Assembly: GCA_964016885.1 (NCBI GenBank)
Contig: OZ024746.1
Location: 94,550,001-94,614,000, forward strand
Source: Eledone cirrhosa
Lineage: Eukaryota
Length of the DNA: 64,000 nt
Direction: 5' to 3'
The translations under genes were made by a program, and so were the position numbers. The notes beneath the pieces were generated by a model, which saw only the letters and a list, made by a program, of their open reading frames with translations, made no database searches and was not told the origin of the DNA. Positions 39,391-54,620 of this stretch are shown here, in pieces; position 1 is the first letter of the stretch; every line of letters starts with the position of its first letter.

Positions 39391-40189
39391 TTATAACAAT
39401 AATTGTCAGAAGCCTACATAATTGTAGAGGAGAGGAGAGAGAGAGTCATAGAGAAGGAATTGAAGAGGAAGAAAAAGGAGTAGGATAAGGAAGATGAGGA
39501 GGGAATAGATAATGAGGATGAAGGAATGGAGAAAGATTAGTCTCTTGAAACATCTCACTTATTTTATCCACCTTGGATAGATGAAAAACAAAGTTGATAA
39601 CGATTTCATTTAAATTGGGAAGGCAGGGAGACGTGCTGCAAAAGGTATTTCTTGGTTTCTATTCTGTAGTAAGTGTAGCGGAGTCTGTAACTGTGGTACA
39701 CTGTAAACTAATTGGCTGTTAACTGTGCACACACCTCAAAGTGGCTACACTACTGTAACACTGCCAACTATGTTCTTAGCTTCCAGTGGATGGTGGTGGT
39801 GGTGGTGGTGGTAGTGGTGGTGGTGGTATAGGTGGTGGTGGTGTTGGCAGTGGTATTGGTGGTGGTGGTATTGGTGGTGGTGGTATTGGTGATGGTATTG
39901 GTGGTGGTGGTGGTATTGGTGGTGGTGGTGGTGGTATTGGTGGTGGTGGTGGTATTGGTGGTGGTATTGGTGGTGGTATTGGTGGTGGTGGTATTGGTGG
40001 TGGTGGTGGTATTGGTGGTGGTATTGGTGGTGGTGGTGGTATTCAAATCCTCCCGTGTGATATAGAGAGGAAGGTATAGGCCCTGCTGCGCTAAAGTGTC
40101 CTACATTCTAAACTATCCAAGAAATCTTCACTGGAACCATTATGACCAGCAAGACACATTACTGCAATCAACGTCATAACATGACCATA

Positions 40190-43040
40190 ACTCTCATCCT
40201 CACCATCACCATCACCATCACCACCACCCTCACCATCACACTCACCATCACACTCACCATCACCCTCACCATTACACTCACCCTCACCATCACCATCACC
40301 CTCACCATCACCCTCACCATCACCCTCACCATCACCCTCACCATTACACTCACCATTACACTCACCCTCACCATCACCATCACCCTCACCATCACACTCA
40401 CCCTCACCATTACACTCACCCTCACCATCACCCTCACCATCACCCTCACCATTACACTCACCATCACACTCACCATCACACTCACCATCACACTCACCAT
40501 TACACTCACCCTCACCATCACCATCACCATCACACACACCATCACACTCACCATTACACTCACCCTCACCATCACCCTCACCATCACCCTCACCATCACA
40601 CTCATCATCACACTCACCATTACACTCACCCTCACCATCACCATCACCATCACACACACCATCACACTCACCATTACACTCACCCTCACCATCACCCTCA
40701 CCATCACACTCACCATCACACTCACCATCACACTCACCATTACACTCACCCTCACCATCACCCTCACCATCACCCTCACCATCACACTCACCATCACACT
40801 CACCATTACACCCACCCTCACCATCACCCTCACCATCACACTCACCATTACACTCACCATTACACTCACCCTCACCCTCACCATCACCATCACACTCACC
40901 ATTACACTCACCCTCACCATCACCCTCACCATCACATTCACCATTACACTCACCATTACACTCACCCTCACCCTCACCATCACCATCACACTCACCATCA
41001 CACACACCATCACACTCACCATTACACTCACCCTCACCATCACCCTCACCATCACCCTCACCATCACACTCACCATCACACTCACCATTACACTCACCCT
41101 CACCCTCACCATCACCATCACTCTCACCATTACACTCACCACACCATCGTTATCATAATCACCACACCATCACCGTCACCATCACCATCACCACATCTTC
41201 ACCATCACTCTCACCATCACCATCACACTTATCATAACCATCACCATCACCGTCACCATCACCATCAACATCACCACACCATCATTATCATAATCACCAC
41301 ATCATCACCATCACCACACCATCACACTATCACCACACCATCGTTATCATAATCACCACACCATCACCATCACCATCACCATCACCACACCATCACACTT
41401 ATCATAACCATCACCATTACCATCAACATCACCACACCATCATTATCATAATCACCACACCATCACCATCACCGTCACCATCACCACACCATCGTTATCA
41501 CCACACCATCATCCTCACCACACCATCACCATCACCACACCATCACCGTCACCATCACCATCACCACACCATCACCATCACCACACCATCACCATCACCA
41601 CACCATCACCGTCACCATCACAATCACCATCACCACACCATCACCACCACCATCACCATCACCACACCGTCACCATCACCATCACCACACCATCACCGTC
41701 ACCATCACCATCACCATCACCACACCGTCACCATCACCATCACCACACCATCACCGTCACCATCACCATCACCATCACCACACCATCACCACACCATCAC
41801 CACACCATCACCATCACCATCACTATCACCACACCATCACCATCACCACACCATCACCACACCATCACCATCACCACACCATCACCATCACCACACCATC
41901 ACCATCACCACACCATCACCCTCACCACACCATCACCATCACCACACCATCACCATCACCACACCATCACCATCACCACACCATCACCACACCATCACCA
42001 CATCATCACCATCACCACACCATCACTCTCACCACACCATCACCATCACCACACCATCACCATCACCACACCATCACCACACCATCACCATCACCACACC
42101 ATCACCATCACCATCACCACACATCACCACACCATCACCATCACCACACCATCACCGTCACCATCACAATCACCATCACCACACCATCACCACCACCATC
42201 ACCATCACCACACCGTCACCATCACCATCACCACACCATCACCGTCACCATCACCATCACCATCACCACACCGTCACCATCACCATCACCACACCATCAC
42301 CGTCACCATCACCATCACCATCACCACACCATCACCACACCATCACCACACCATCACCATCACCATCACCATCACCACACCATCACCATCACCACACCAT
42401 CACCACACCATCACCATCACCACACCATCACCATCACCACACCATCACCATCACCACACCATCACCCTCACCACACCATCACCATCACCACACCATCACC
42501 ATCACCACACCATCACCATCACCACACCATCACCACACCATCACCACATCATCACCATCACCACACCATCACTCTCACCACACCATCACCATCACCACAC
42601 CATCACCATCACCACACCATCACCACACCATCACCATCACCACACCATCACCATCACCATCACCACACATCACCACACCATCACCATCACCACACCATCA
42701 CCGTCACCATCACCATCACCATCACCACACCATCACCACCACCATCACCACACCATCACCACACCATCACCATCACCACACCATCACCATCACCACCACC
42801 ATCACCATCACCACACCGTCACCATCACCATCACCATCACCATCACCATCACCACACCATCACCATCACCATCACCACACCATCACCACACCATCACCAT
42901 CACCATCACCATCACCACACCGTCACCATCACCATCACCATCACCACACCATCACCATCACCATCACCATCACCACACCATCACCACACCATCACCATCA
43001 CCATCACCACACCATCACCATCACCACACCATCACCATCG
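40190..43040. repeat. 2.8-kb (CACCAT)-based compound satellite with internal higher-order duplication
   Basis: Direct inspection; explains the TI/TL, MV and GECDG pseudo-ORFs. Confidence 0.96.
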
Positions 43041-46002
43041 CAATCAAGCTAACCGTAGAAAATATGTGAAAATATCAAATAAATCAGCCTCTATTACAGG
43101 AGGAGCTTTTGGCATATTTTAAAAGATTACAGTAATGGTTTTTTTAATGACTCCATAACCTCAGAAATGATAATTATATAAACAGACGGCCATAATTCAA
43201 TTACATGATGTAACTTGCTCGTTAAAGACACTTCATTTGATCACATCGTATATCAATTATAATTATGAAATCTAGCGTATTTAACAGTAAAAATATAACC
43301 TCAAATATATAGACACACAGACAGCAATTGGCAGAGTTAGTAGAATGTTGAATAGAATGCTTTATGGTATTCGTTCCGGTTCTTTGCTCTCTGAGTTCAA
43401 ATCCCAACGAGGTCAACTTTGCCTTTCATCCATTCGAGGTCGATAAAAAAGTACCAGTGAAGTACTGAGGTTGATTCTTCCTCTATATCTCTTTCTCCTT
43501 TCCTGTCGCCCAATTTATATTTTTCTTTGGAAGAAATCTGCCGTACTCAGACCTGGAGAGGAGTGGGCTCCACCAAGCTTAAAATAACCATGTAACTCCT
43601 TATATCAATAGGGCGCCCCATGATTCTATCAGGAGATACGGGGTCATAGGCAAGGCTGTGTGGTTAAAGAGCGCGTTTCGCAACCACGTGCTTTTATGTT
43701 CAACCCCGCTGCACGTCCCCTCTGTGTAGATATACTATAGCTTCGGTTTCACCAATACCTTGTGAGTGGAATTTAGTAGACTGTAGCTATAGAAGTCATT
43801 CATTATGAATAATTGTTGAGAAAATACCCTTGAAGGCAGGAAAAAGTTGACAGAGGTGCCTGCGTCGATTGAGATGCGGGACTTTATTTCGTAGGCACCC
43901 TTCGGTCACAACTGGAAAGTTTACTTCCGAGACACAAGCCTAGGCCTGGTGTTTTTGTGGAAGACCAGCAGTTGTTCAGGTATGCCAGTCTCCCCTTTCC
44001 ACGCCACCGATGTTATCTAAGGGAAAGGTAATGACTGCTACTGCTTAGCCCCAGTGACGTCGCAACTTATTTCTACAGCCAAGTGTAGAGCTGGAGAAAG
44101 TGTAGAGTGTAAAACTGGGGCAACGTGAAATAAAATGCCTTGCTCAAGAACACAATGCCACTAAGCCACGCGCGTTCAATTAGGGTTCCATTTAGATGGA
44201 AAATATTTGTACACAACAAAGACAATGGCAAAATGTATTTCCATTTGTTTACGTTTTCACTGCGAAGCTTATAATCTAAAATACATTGTTATACCTACAT
44301 ACGGCGAAGTATTTGCTTTGCAAGGATTTTGATATGAAAACGTGCGTTGAAACGGATATTGTTGAATTTTGGGGAGGGCTGTGTTGTCTTAATATTGTTA
44401 AAAATAGTAAAACACACTCACTGTTTAATATACACTGAAACTGAAGCGAAAACCAAATCAAACAGTGAATGTGTTTTACTATTGTTTGTAATATTTGGAC
44501 AAGACCCTCCCCAAATATAACTATACCTACATACATTTTCTAATATATACGTTGGTACAGTTGGGATGTTTTTGATCCTATGTCTGCAACATCTGGGATG
44601 ATATGGAAGCTAAACAACAACAAACATGAAACAGGAGCTAAGCACCGGCCTTAACTACGCTTAACTTCAGCTAGCTTGGTGTATTTATATCTCTTGTGAG
44701 AGCTTGCTGTTAAAGGTTGATAAGATATCGTCGATAAAAGAGTCTGCATCGGTTGTCACATCTAAGTGTTTACCTGCACCCCTTTCCCTTTCCTACATCA
44801 GGTATTTTGTTATTATTTCCTGTTCCTGGATAGCAAAATACCCTTCCTTCAACGTGTAAGTTAATATAACAGTTGTTGGTCCAAGATAGACTACTTTGGT
44901 TATCTATTTATGTTACTATGACATTGAAATCGTCTGACAAACAGTCATACACGACCGACTGCTGATAAAAAAGAAAACATTTCGTCTGAGGTTTTGTGTG
45001 GCAGAGCTGAACAACTTCCCTCAATATCTATCACTAGACATTGCCGACGAAAATACCATTAAAAACCTTTCTTTTCCTACCAAACCGCCTAAAACCGACC
45101 CTGGTTTTATGACGCAAAGTTGTGTGTTTTAAAGTGTTTATATATATTTATAAATGTTTCATCATAATTCTATGTGAGAACCGTTAAGTTATGTTTCAAA
45201 TATATACTTAATAATCCGAAAGGTTACTTTACTAAATCCTTCCAAATTCCTCATTATTCTCAAAATCATTAGTAACATATTTCATTAATGAGAGCGCAGC
45301 TTGACAAATTGATTAAGAGGTTCGTTTCAATCATAGAGCCACAGGCTCCATTCCACAGTGGGATATTTTGGCAAGTGTCCTTTAACAGTTTCATAATGAG
45401 AAAGCTAGTTATATTACTAAATTATTTTACATATTTGAATATTCAAATATTCACAAAAATACTCGAAAACCAAAGGCAAAATCTAGTTATAAAATATATG
45501 GGAAAGAAAGAGTTAAACTACAGGCCTGATTTTATGACACAAAGCTATGTATTTTAAAGTGTTTATATATATCTAAAACCTTTTCATCATAATTCTATAT
45601 AAGAGCCGTTAAGTCATATGTCTACAGTAATAGATGACCACAATCTTTCTCCGCCATTTGCAGCTTTTGTAACCAGTTGTGGTATAAGTTGAGTGGAATT
45701 TCAACATAAACCACAAAGTGCCGGAACAGATAACCGGTCTCTCGGTCTCTCCAAAACCATGGACTCTTACTTTATTTTATCGACTCTAGAAGAGATGTGA
45801 TGCAAACTTACTATCCAATGCTCCAACGTTGGAAGAAAGAATTACTCTCTGTATATAGAATGTAGGCTGTTTATTTATCCTTTGGATTAACTGAGTCGTT
45901 ACTTTTATTCTATGCCAACTCATGGGATTGCTTGTATATATCGGCAGAGGGGAAAATAAAGAAAATCTTATATCAACTATATCTATAAGTGCACACCTCG
46001 CC

Positions 46003-46052
<50 letters not shown>

Positions 46053-46094
46053 ACGTGTATGTAATGTATGTTTATCTATGTATATGTATGTATA

Positions 46095-46129
<35 letters not shown>

Positions 46130-46173
46130 CTGTGTGTACGTGTGTGTAATGTATGTTTATCTATGTATATGTA

Positions 46174-46204
<31 letters not shown>

Positions 46205-46242
46205 GTGTATGTGTGTGTAATGTATGTTTATCTATGTATGTA

Positions 46243-46273
<31 letters not shown>

Positions 46274-46320
46274 TATGTGTGTGTATATGTGTGTTTTTAT
46301 GTTTGTGTATGTGTATGCAT

Positions 46321-46351
<31 letters not shown>

Positions 46352-48429
46352 ATCACACAGATAAACACTGCGATCTATATGGAGGCCGTTGAACTGCGTT
46401 CTATCTATGCCCCAAACATTTCAATTCTCAAGTGGTCCATTTTATTTATCTGGCAATAAGGAGCAATGAGTAGGAAACGGCTCTCCGCTCTTATTAGCTG
46501 CTACACTGTAGAATCTGGGAATATTCCCCAACGTTTCGTTAGCATAAAATGCTGAGTTCTACATAACTACTGAGCTACCGTCCCTCAGATACGGCACGAG
46601 AATATTGGCAAAGGTACATAATGTCGATAAACAGAGACACACAGACACACCAACAGATACACACACAGATACACACACACACACCAACATATACACACAC
46701 AGACACATACAGACAGATACACACATACACACACAGACACATACACATACAGACACATACACACACTGACACACACTGACACACAGACACATACACACAG
46801 ACAAATAAACAGACAGACACACCAACACATACACACACAGACACACCGAGATATACACACATAGACACACCAACACATACACACACATACACACACATAC
46901 ACACGCAGACACACCAACACATACACACACATACACACCAACACATACACACACATAGATATATGCGCTCACACTCGCGTACACACACACAGACACACCA
47001 ACACATACACACACATATATATATGCGCACACACTCGCGTACACACACACATACACACACAGATATATGGGCACACACTCGCGTACACACACACAGACAC
47101 AGCAACACATACACACACACATAGATATATGCGCACACACTCGCGTACACACACATACACCAGCATATATGCACACACGTACACACACACACACCAGCAT
47201 ACATACGCACACATACACACACGCCAGCATACATACACACACACGCGCATACACTAGCATACACACGCACACACACATGCTCACACATCAGCATATATGC
47301 GCATACAGAGGCGCACACACACATACCAGCATACATACGCACACACACACGCACACACACCCACAGACACATACACCAGCATACATGTGCACACAGGCAC
47401 ACACACGCACACCAGATTACAAGCGCACACATAATCCACACACACACCAGCATACATTTGCACACACGCTCACAAACAAATACATACACATACTCAACAC
47501 CAGCATACATACGCACACACGCGCACACAGACACATTCACCAGCATACATGCGCATACACATACACCAGCACACACACACACACATACAGAAGCATACAT
47601 GTGCACTCATACACACAGACACACACAATCATACATGTATCTGCAAACATATATATATATATATATATAGTAATAATAATAAATTTGAAGACTAAAATCC
47701 AAAGAGGGCTCGATAAGGATAAATATATATCAAATATATAAGAACCGTAGAGCAAATATTTATTAAAATAACAGATTAAAGTTTAAGCAGAGAATCGCTG
47801 CTTTCACCCTTAACGGGATCTTCTGAAATTAACAAAGTCAAACTGTATTTTAATAAATATATATATATATATATGTGTGTTTCGTTGTACATATGTATGC
47901 GTGTATGAGTGTGTGTATGCGTCTCTGTGTGTATGAATGTGTGTGTATCCAACATAGCCGACTGTTTAAGAGGTTCAAGTCCCCTCTTCCACGTTCTATT
48001 CCTTTGTTTGCTATTTCGAACCATTTGGTAGTCGGAGACTTTCTGGAATCCCGTCGGGTCGACTGTGCCTGCTATTCAAAGAGTTAGCCTTGTCATTCGC
48101 TGAATCTCCCTGAGAACTCCATTAAGAGTACACATATCTGTGGAATGCCCAACATTATTACACATTAATGTTGGTGGTGGGTTGGCAGTATCGTTAGAGG
48201 GTCTGACGCTATGCTTTGCAGCAGAGAGTTACGGCCCTTTATGGTCTGAATTCAAATCCCACTGAGGTTAACTTTGCCTTTCATCCTTACGGTGTCGATA
48301 AAATAAAGTACCAGTAATACACTGGGATAATTGCTGGCCTTGTGCCAAAAGTAGAAACAATGATTACACATTAGTTTCATGAGCATGCTGTTGCGTTGAT
48401 CGGTTGATCTGAAACCATTGGAGGTCCAT

Positions 48430-48480
<51 letters not shown>

Positions 48481-48499
48481 ACCTCGTTTATTTATAGTC

Positions 48500-48558
48500 G
48501 CTGTTATATATATTTCGGTGATTACTGTTATGTAACAGCTATGACCGCATCAGACAGC
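48500..48558 (-). ncRNA. Minimal hammerhead, related to the 1911 family
   Basis: GCTGT-CTGATGC-GGTCATAGCTGTTA-ca-TAACAGTAATCACC-GAAA-TATATA-TA-ACAGC; one core change. Confidence 0.65.
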
Positions 48559-48859
48559 TAGAATTTGAACAGAAAAACATAACAGAAGTAAGCTTTATTT
48601 CATCTTTATTTCGAATCGTTGATATGCTCCGGGCTGAATTTTCGTGTTGCTTTCTCAAGGCAGGGTTAGCATATGATTTAGAATGAACGATTTTACACCA
48701 TCAGTAGGAGTACCTCTTCCTATTGGTCAGATTTAGCTTCACCATTCCAACAAGAATTTCTGAGTGGTGCCATTGTCTAAAAATCAGGTCAATCAGTTGG
48801 TGGTTTTTTCAGCTGCAACAATAATAACTGAAGATATATATATATATCTTCAGATGCGA

Positions 48860-50761
48860 GAAAAACCACAAACCCCCCATCATAGGAGGACAGAAATACG
48901 AACCTAACCCATAATTTCTTTGTGGATGATCTGAAACTCTATGCCAAGAACATGGATGGGATGAAAAAAAATCTTGACCTGGTTACAACATTCTCAAAGG
49001 ATATAGGAATGGAGTTTGGCCAAGATAAATGCTCATACATGACTGTAAAGCGGGGAAAAACAACAACCCAATCTAGCAACATTGTCATCAATGGCCTAAC
49101 TGTTTCACCAATATCTGATGAGGACTGCTACAGATACCTGGGGATAGATGAGAACATATCCTGTAATGGTATCTGTAATAAGAAACGCGTAACCAGGAAA
49201 TACTACACCCGATTAAGAAAGATTTGGTCATCGTAAGAAAGATTTGGTCATCGGAACTCTCTATGCAAAACAAAACAGTGGCTCACAATGTGTTTACTGA
49301 TCCTGTCCTAACACCAACTTTTGGAATACACAATTGGACGATAGACGAAATCCGAGCGATTGATGTTAGAACTCGAAAAATACTAAACGACTCCGGAAAC
49401 TTTCACATCAACAGTGACATAGACCGCCTTTACTTGAAACGTAAGCAGGGAGGCAGATGCCTAACATCAGTCCAGACAGCATTTGAATGTCGCATCATAT
49501 CTCTCCGACAACATCTACGAACCTCAAAGCGTAGGAGCCTCTCTCTCGAGCAAGTCTATCTGCATGAAACAGATAAGATCATGAGAGTTGGGAAGGAACT
49601 CCTCTAGAGGTATTCCCTGTGTGATAATCAAAACCCCACACCCAGGGAAGTCGCTCAGCAGTATCGCAATGAATCCATGGATGAAAAACTGCATGCTTAT
49701 CAGCAAAAAATCATACATGGATATGTTGCCAGGAAGCTCCAGAGTGAGAGTAATATAGATAAGGAAAGTAGTCTATCTTGGACCAACAACCGCTATATTG
49801 GCTCCCACTTTGAAGGATAAGTTTTTGCAATCCAAGAACAGGAAATCAACACGAAATTCCTGAATCACAAAACAGATAGGGATGCAGGCAAAACACCTAG
49901 ATATGATAAAAAGTGCGGACTCTGCAGAATTAACATCGAAGATGTCACCCATATCATAAGCAGCACTCCAAAGATGTCATCGCGGTACTATCTACCAATG
50001 AGGCATGATGTAGTGGTCAAAACACTGTACAATGCAATCCGTAGAAAAGATAACCCCGATAATAAACACATTAAAAGCTACAGCAATGTGGAAGACATAC
50101 ATATACATAATATGAAAGAGTACTGGTGGAATGTTCCAGTAAAAACCCCAATAAAATACAGGCATAACAGAGCAGATATTATAATATGGGACAGGGAAAA
50201 GAAAGCATGCACAGTAGTGGAAGTTAGCTGCCCAGCAGATGCCAATATAATATCAAAGATTAGCGAAAAGGAGAATATTTATGCAGAACTGATGAGAAAT
50301 CTGCAGATACTCCACCCTGATTACACCTTCTGATTTATGCCTGTGATTATTGGGGCACTGTGATATGTTAGTAACTGCCTCAATACAAATCTTGAGAAGC
50401 TGGACTTCACAGGAACAGAAAGAACACAACTAGTTAGGAAATTACAAGTACAATCCATTAATGGAACAGTAAAAATATGTAAAACATTCCAAAACTTTTG
50501 CATCTAATAACTGCATACACACATGTACAGATACAAAGCATATACACATTCACACATACAATTCAAATCAAACACATCCACACATACAATAACATCCACA
50601 CCTACACATGCATGCATGCAGACATACATATCTACCTAGTTGATGTTGTGTAAATTCCAATGAGAGAGTCTTGTGTCTATGTTAGAAACCGACTCTCTCT
50701 CTATTGGTAAAAATTTGTGAAATTATAAAACCAGAAGAACATACATACATACATACATACA

Positions 50762-50790
<29 letters not shown>
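48860..50790 (+). mobile_element. 5'-truncated, frameshifted R4/Dong-clade non-LTR retrotransposon (RT, zinc knuckle, restriction-like endonuclease) with a (CATA)n tail
   Basis: FVDDLKLYAK, YRYLG, DIDRLYLKRKQGGR, FAIQEQEI, CGLC...VTHII, RHD, HNRADIIIWD..VEVSCP..K...Y; a 20-bp duplication at 49213-49252 shifts the frame. Confidence 0.9.
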
Positions 50791-50794
<4 letters not shown>

Positions 50795-50865
50795 GTATAC
50801 ACACATGGTGGCTGCCAACTTGTTTTCGAGTACGGCCACTACTTTATATCATTGTAGGAGAACCC

Positions 50866-51709
50866 CTACCGATGCGCTGAACGAGTGTGGCTTTTTAGTC
50901 CAGCCAGCGACTTGAAAACTCTGGTACAAACACTACACTTATGACAATTATTGACACCTAGTGCTGGGTCCATGGTACCATGTGACCCAAGGTGTCGTGT
51001 GAGATCACTAGTCGACCTGCATACCCTTCTACAAACATCACATGTCGTCGTCTGATGAACACTTATAGCTCCACAGGTGCCTGCTTTCCTGTTCTTGTGC
51101 ACTCTCATGTGACTCTTTAGACCTGCCATAATCAGACAAACCCTATTACAGGTCTCACATGTCAGGTCAGGCCGTCTGTCAATGCCTTCGGGAAGGTCAA
51201 CATGGATTCCTTTCCGGACATCTCTTTTTAGTGTCGCGTGCCTTCTTGTTTCATCAAATAGACTCTTGCCACTAGCCACTGCTTTCCTCCACTGCGATGG
51301 GTCGCTAGCGCATGCTTCCCAGTGCTCACAAGGGATGTTACTTTTCTTGAGCGCCCCCTTGATGCAGTCCTTAAAACGCATCTTGGGTTTGCTCGCGTTC
51401 CTTTTTCCCATTTGGAGCTCGCCATAAAGCAGCTGCTTCAGCATTCGCTTGTCATTCATCCTTACAAGATGGCCTGTCCAGCGCAGCTGATGTTTCAAAA
51501 TCAAGGAGTCGACACTATCACAGCCACTTCTGTCCAGAACCTCGACGTCACTGACAAACATTTGCCAAGTTATGCCGAGGATCGGACGTAAGCAGTACTG
51601 GTGGAACCTCTCAAGTCGCTTCATCTGTCTACGGTAGACCACCCACGTCTCACAAGCATAAAGAAGTGCCGCGAGCACACACGCATGATACACTTTGAGC
51701 TTTGTCTTT
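50866..51709 (-). mobile_element. RTE/BovB-like LINE 3' fragment with an open frame and three C2H2 zinc fingers
   Basis: TKLKVYHACVLAALLYACETW, LERFHQYCLRPILGITWQ, QLRWTGHLVRM, KQLLYGEL, then three CxxC-x12-H-x3/4-H units; the ORF portion above 51709 is microsatellite. Confidence 0.92.
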
Positions 51710-52639
51710 ATACATACATGTCTACATACATACATGTATTCATACATAATGTATATATACATACATACATACGTACATAATGTATACATACATACATACA
51801 TAAATACATAAATACAAAGATACATACATGTATACATACATGTAAACATACATGTATACATACATACATGTATACATAGATAAATACATAAATACAAAGA
51901 TACATACATGTATACATATATACATACATACATACATACATATATACATAGATAGATACATAAATACAAAGATAAATACATGTATACATACATACATACA
52001 TACATACATACATAAATACAAAGATACATACATAAATACAAAGTTACATACATGTATACATATATACATACATGCATACTTAGATAAATACATAAATACA
52101 AAGATACATACCTGCATACATACATACATACATGTATACATATATACATACATGCATACATAGATAAATACAAAGATACATACATACATGTATACATACA
52201 TACATAGATAAATACATAAATACAAAGATACATACATGTATACATACATACATACATACATACATGTATACATAAATACAAAGATAGATGTATACATACA
52301 TACATAAATACAAAGATACATACATACATATAGCTAGGTCATTCTGTACGTTGAGCATTGATAAACTAACGTTTGATTCTCATAAACAAAAGCTGACTGA
52401 GTCTAATAGCCAGATACATAAAAGAAGCATTTAGAAGAAAAAAATGGTGGGTGTTGAATGTTTACAAAGTTTTCTCTTGTAACAAGTACATTTCTTTTGT
52501 GATAGCCATGTCTGTTAGATGTTGATAGACTTCTTATTGGCAGTGTTAAGCTAACATGTTGCTACAGGCTGTATTGTCAATAAATGGTCATACCTATATA
52601 TTATATAGTGTTATTGTCGCCCATGTTGATGATAATAGC

Positions 52640-52824
52640 CATGGTGATGGTGATGATGATGATGATGGTGTTGATGATGATGACGATTGTGTTGATGATG
52701 ATGGTGATGATGTTTGTGTTGATGATGTTGATGATGGTGATGATGATTGTGTTGATCATGATGATGGTGATGATTGTGATGATGATGATGTTTGTGTTGA
52801 TGATGATGATGATGATGATTGTGT

Positions 52825-52862
<38 letters not shown>

Positions 52863-53670
52863 GTGTTGATGATGGTGATGATGATGATGATTGTGTTGAT
52901 GATGGTGATGATGATTATGTTGATGATGGTGATGATGATGTTTGTGTTGATTATGTTGATGATGGTGATGATGATGATGATTGTGTTGATGATAGTAATG
53001 ATGTTGATGATGATGCTGATGATGTTGGTGATGAGGAGGCTGACGACGATGGTGATGATATAACGTGTGAATGAACGTGCTGGAAATGCTGGAAATATTA
53101 TGTAAGATGTTTTAATTGCATTAGACAGCAACAACAACAACAGCCATATCAACAATAACAACAACAACAATAACAACAACAACAACAACAACAACAATAA
53201 CAACCACCACCACCACAACAACAACAACAACAATAACAACAACAATAATAACAACCACCACAACCACCACCACCACAACAACAACAACAACCACCACAAC
53301 AACAACAGTCATATCAACAATCACAACAACGATAACAATCACAACAACAATCACTACCACAACAAGCATCACAACAACAACAATTACAACTACCACAGCA
53401 ACAACAATAACAACTAGCATTATCACCACCACAATTACAACAACAACAAACGCCACCACCACCACAACAACAACAACAATGACAAACACCACCACCACAA
53501 CAACAACAATGACAAACACCACCACCACCACCACAACAACAACAATGACAAACACCACCGCAACAACAACAACAATGACAAACACCACCACCACCACAAC
53601 AACAACAACAATGACAAACACCACTACCGCCACCATAACAACAACAAACATCATCACTGCAATAATGATA
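52640..53670. repeat. (GAT)n and (CAA/CAC)n compound microsatellites
   Basis: Direct inspection. Confidence 0.95.
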
Positions 53671-54102
53671 ATATAAATTATTGGTTGATCGGTTGGGGTT
53701 AATTTGCTATTTTGTTATTTTACTCCAAGTCTGCCCCAGGTTGATGTGAGGGGAGAGGAAAGGGGGAGGAGAGGGAAAGAGAGAGGGAGTTAGGAAGAGA
53801 GAGAATGTATGTGTGAGCGTGTGTGGACGTGTGATAAGACTTTAGCAGAGAGCAAATTGTGATAATGTCTGTGAGGAGGAGGCGCAGACTTACGACTAAT
53901 CTTAAGGGTAGAAGGAGCAGACTTAGGACCAAACTTGATGGGAGAAGGAGCAGACTTAGGGCCAATCTTAAGGGTAGAAGGAGCAGGCTTATGACTAAAC
54001 TTGAAGGTAGAAGTAGCAGGCTTATTCATACTTGAGAAGGTAGACTTATGATCTTGCTTGAAATGAAATAGCAGATTTATGAAGATCTGAGAAGCGAGAG
54101 AA

Positions 54103-54620
54103 GACCAGGCTTGTGTAGAAGACATATGACCAGGCTTGTGTAGAAGACATATGACCAGGCTTGTGTAGAAGACATATGACCAGGCTTGTGTAGAAGACAT
54201 ATGACCAGGCTTGTGTAGAAGACATATGACCAGGCTTGTGTAGAAGACATATGACCAGGCTTGTGTAGAAGACATATGACCAGGCTTGTGTAGAAGACAT
54301 ATGACCAGGCTTGTGTAGAAGACATATGACCAGGCTTGTGTAGAAGACATATGACCAGGCTTGTGTAGAAGACATATGACCAGGCTTGTGTAGAAGACAT
54401 ATGACCAGGCTTGTGTAGAAGACATATGACCAGGCTTGTGTAGAAGACATATGACCAGGCTTGTGTAGAAGACATATGACCAGGCTTGTGTAGAAGACAT
54501 ATGACCAGGCTTGTGTAGAAGACATATGACCAGGCTTGTGTAGAAGACATATGACCAGGCTTGTGTAGAAGACATATGACCAGGCTTGTGTAGAAGACAT
54601 ATGACCAGGCTTGTGTAGAA
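54103..54620. repeat. Perfect 25-bp minisatellite, about 20 copies
   Basis: Unit GACCAGGCTTGTGTAGAAGACATAT with no spacers; a degenerate 33-bp array lies at about 53875-54060. Confidence 0.97.

Noticed and set aside
40091-41158. GECDG/TITL repeat proteins of more than 300 aa
   Set aside because: Hexamer satellite open in multiple frames.
51710-52329. N-terminal 200 aa of the 487-aa ORF as real protein
   Set aside because: TACA-type microsatellite read-through; LINE homology begins at about 51709.
52556-53074. Asp-rich biomineralisation-type protein
   Set aside because: (GAT)n microsatellite also open in other frames; no splice or homology support.
54103-54620. CRISPR-like array
   Set aside because: Identical units abut with no unique spacers, there are no cas genes, and the context is eukaryotic.
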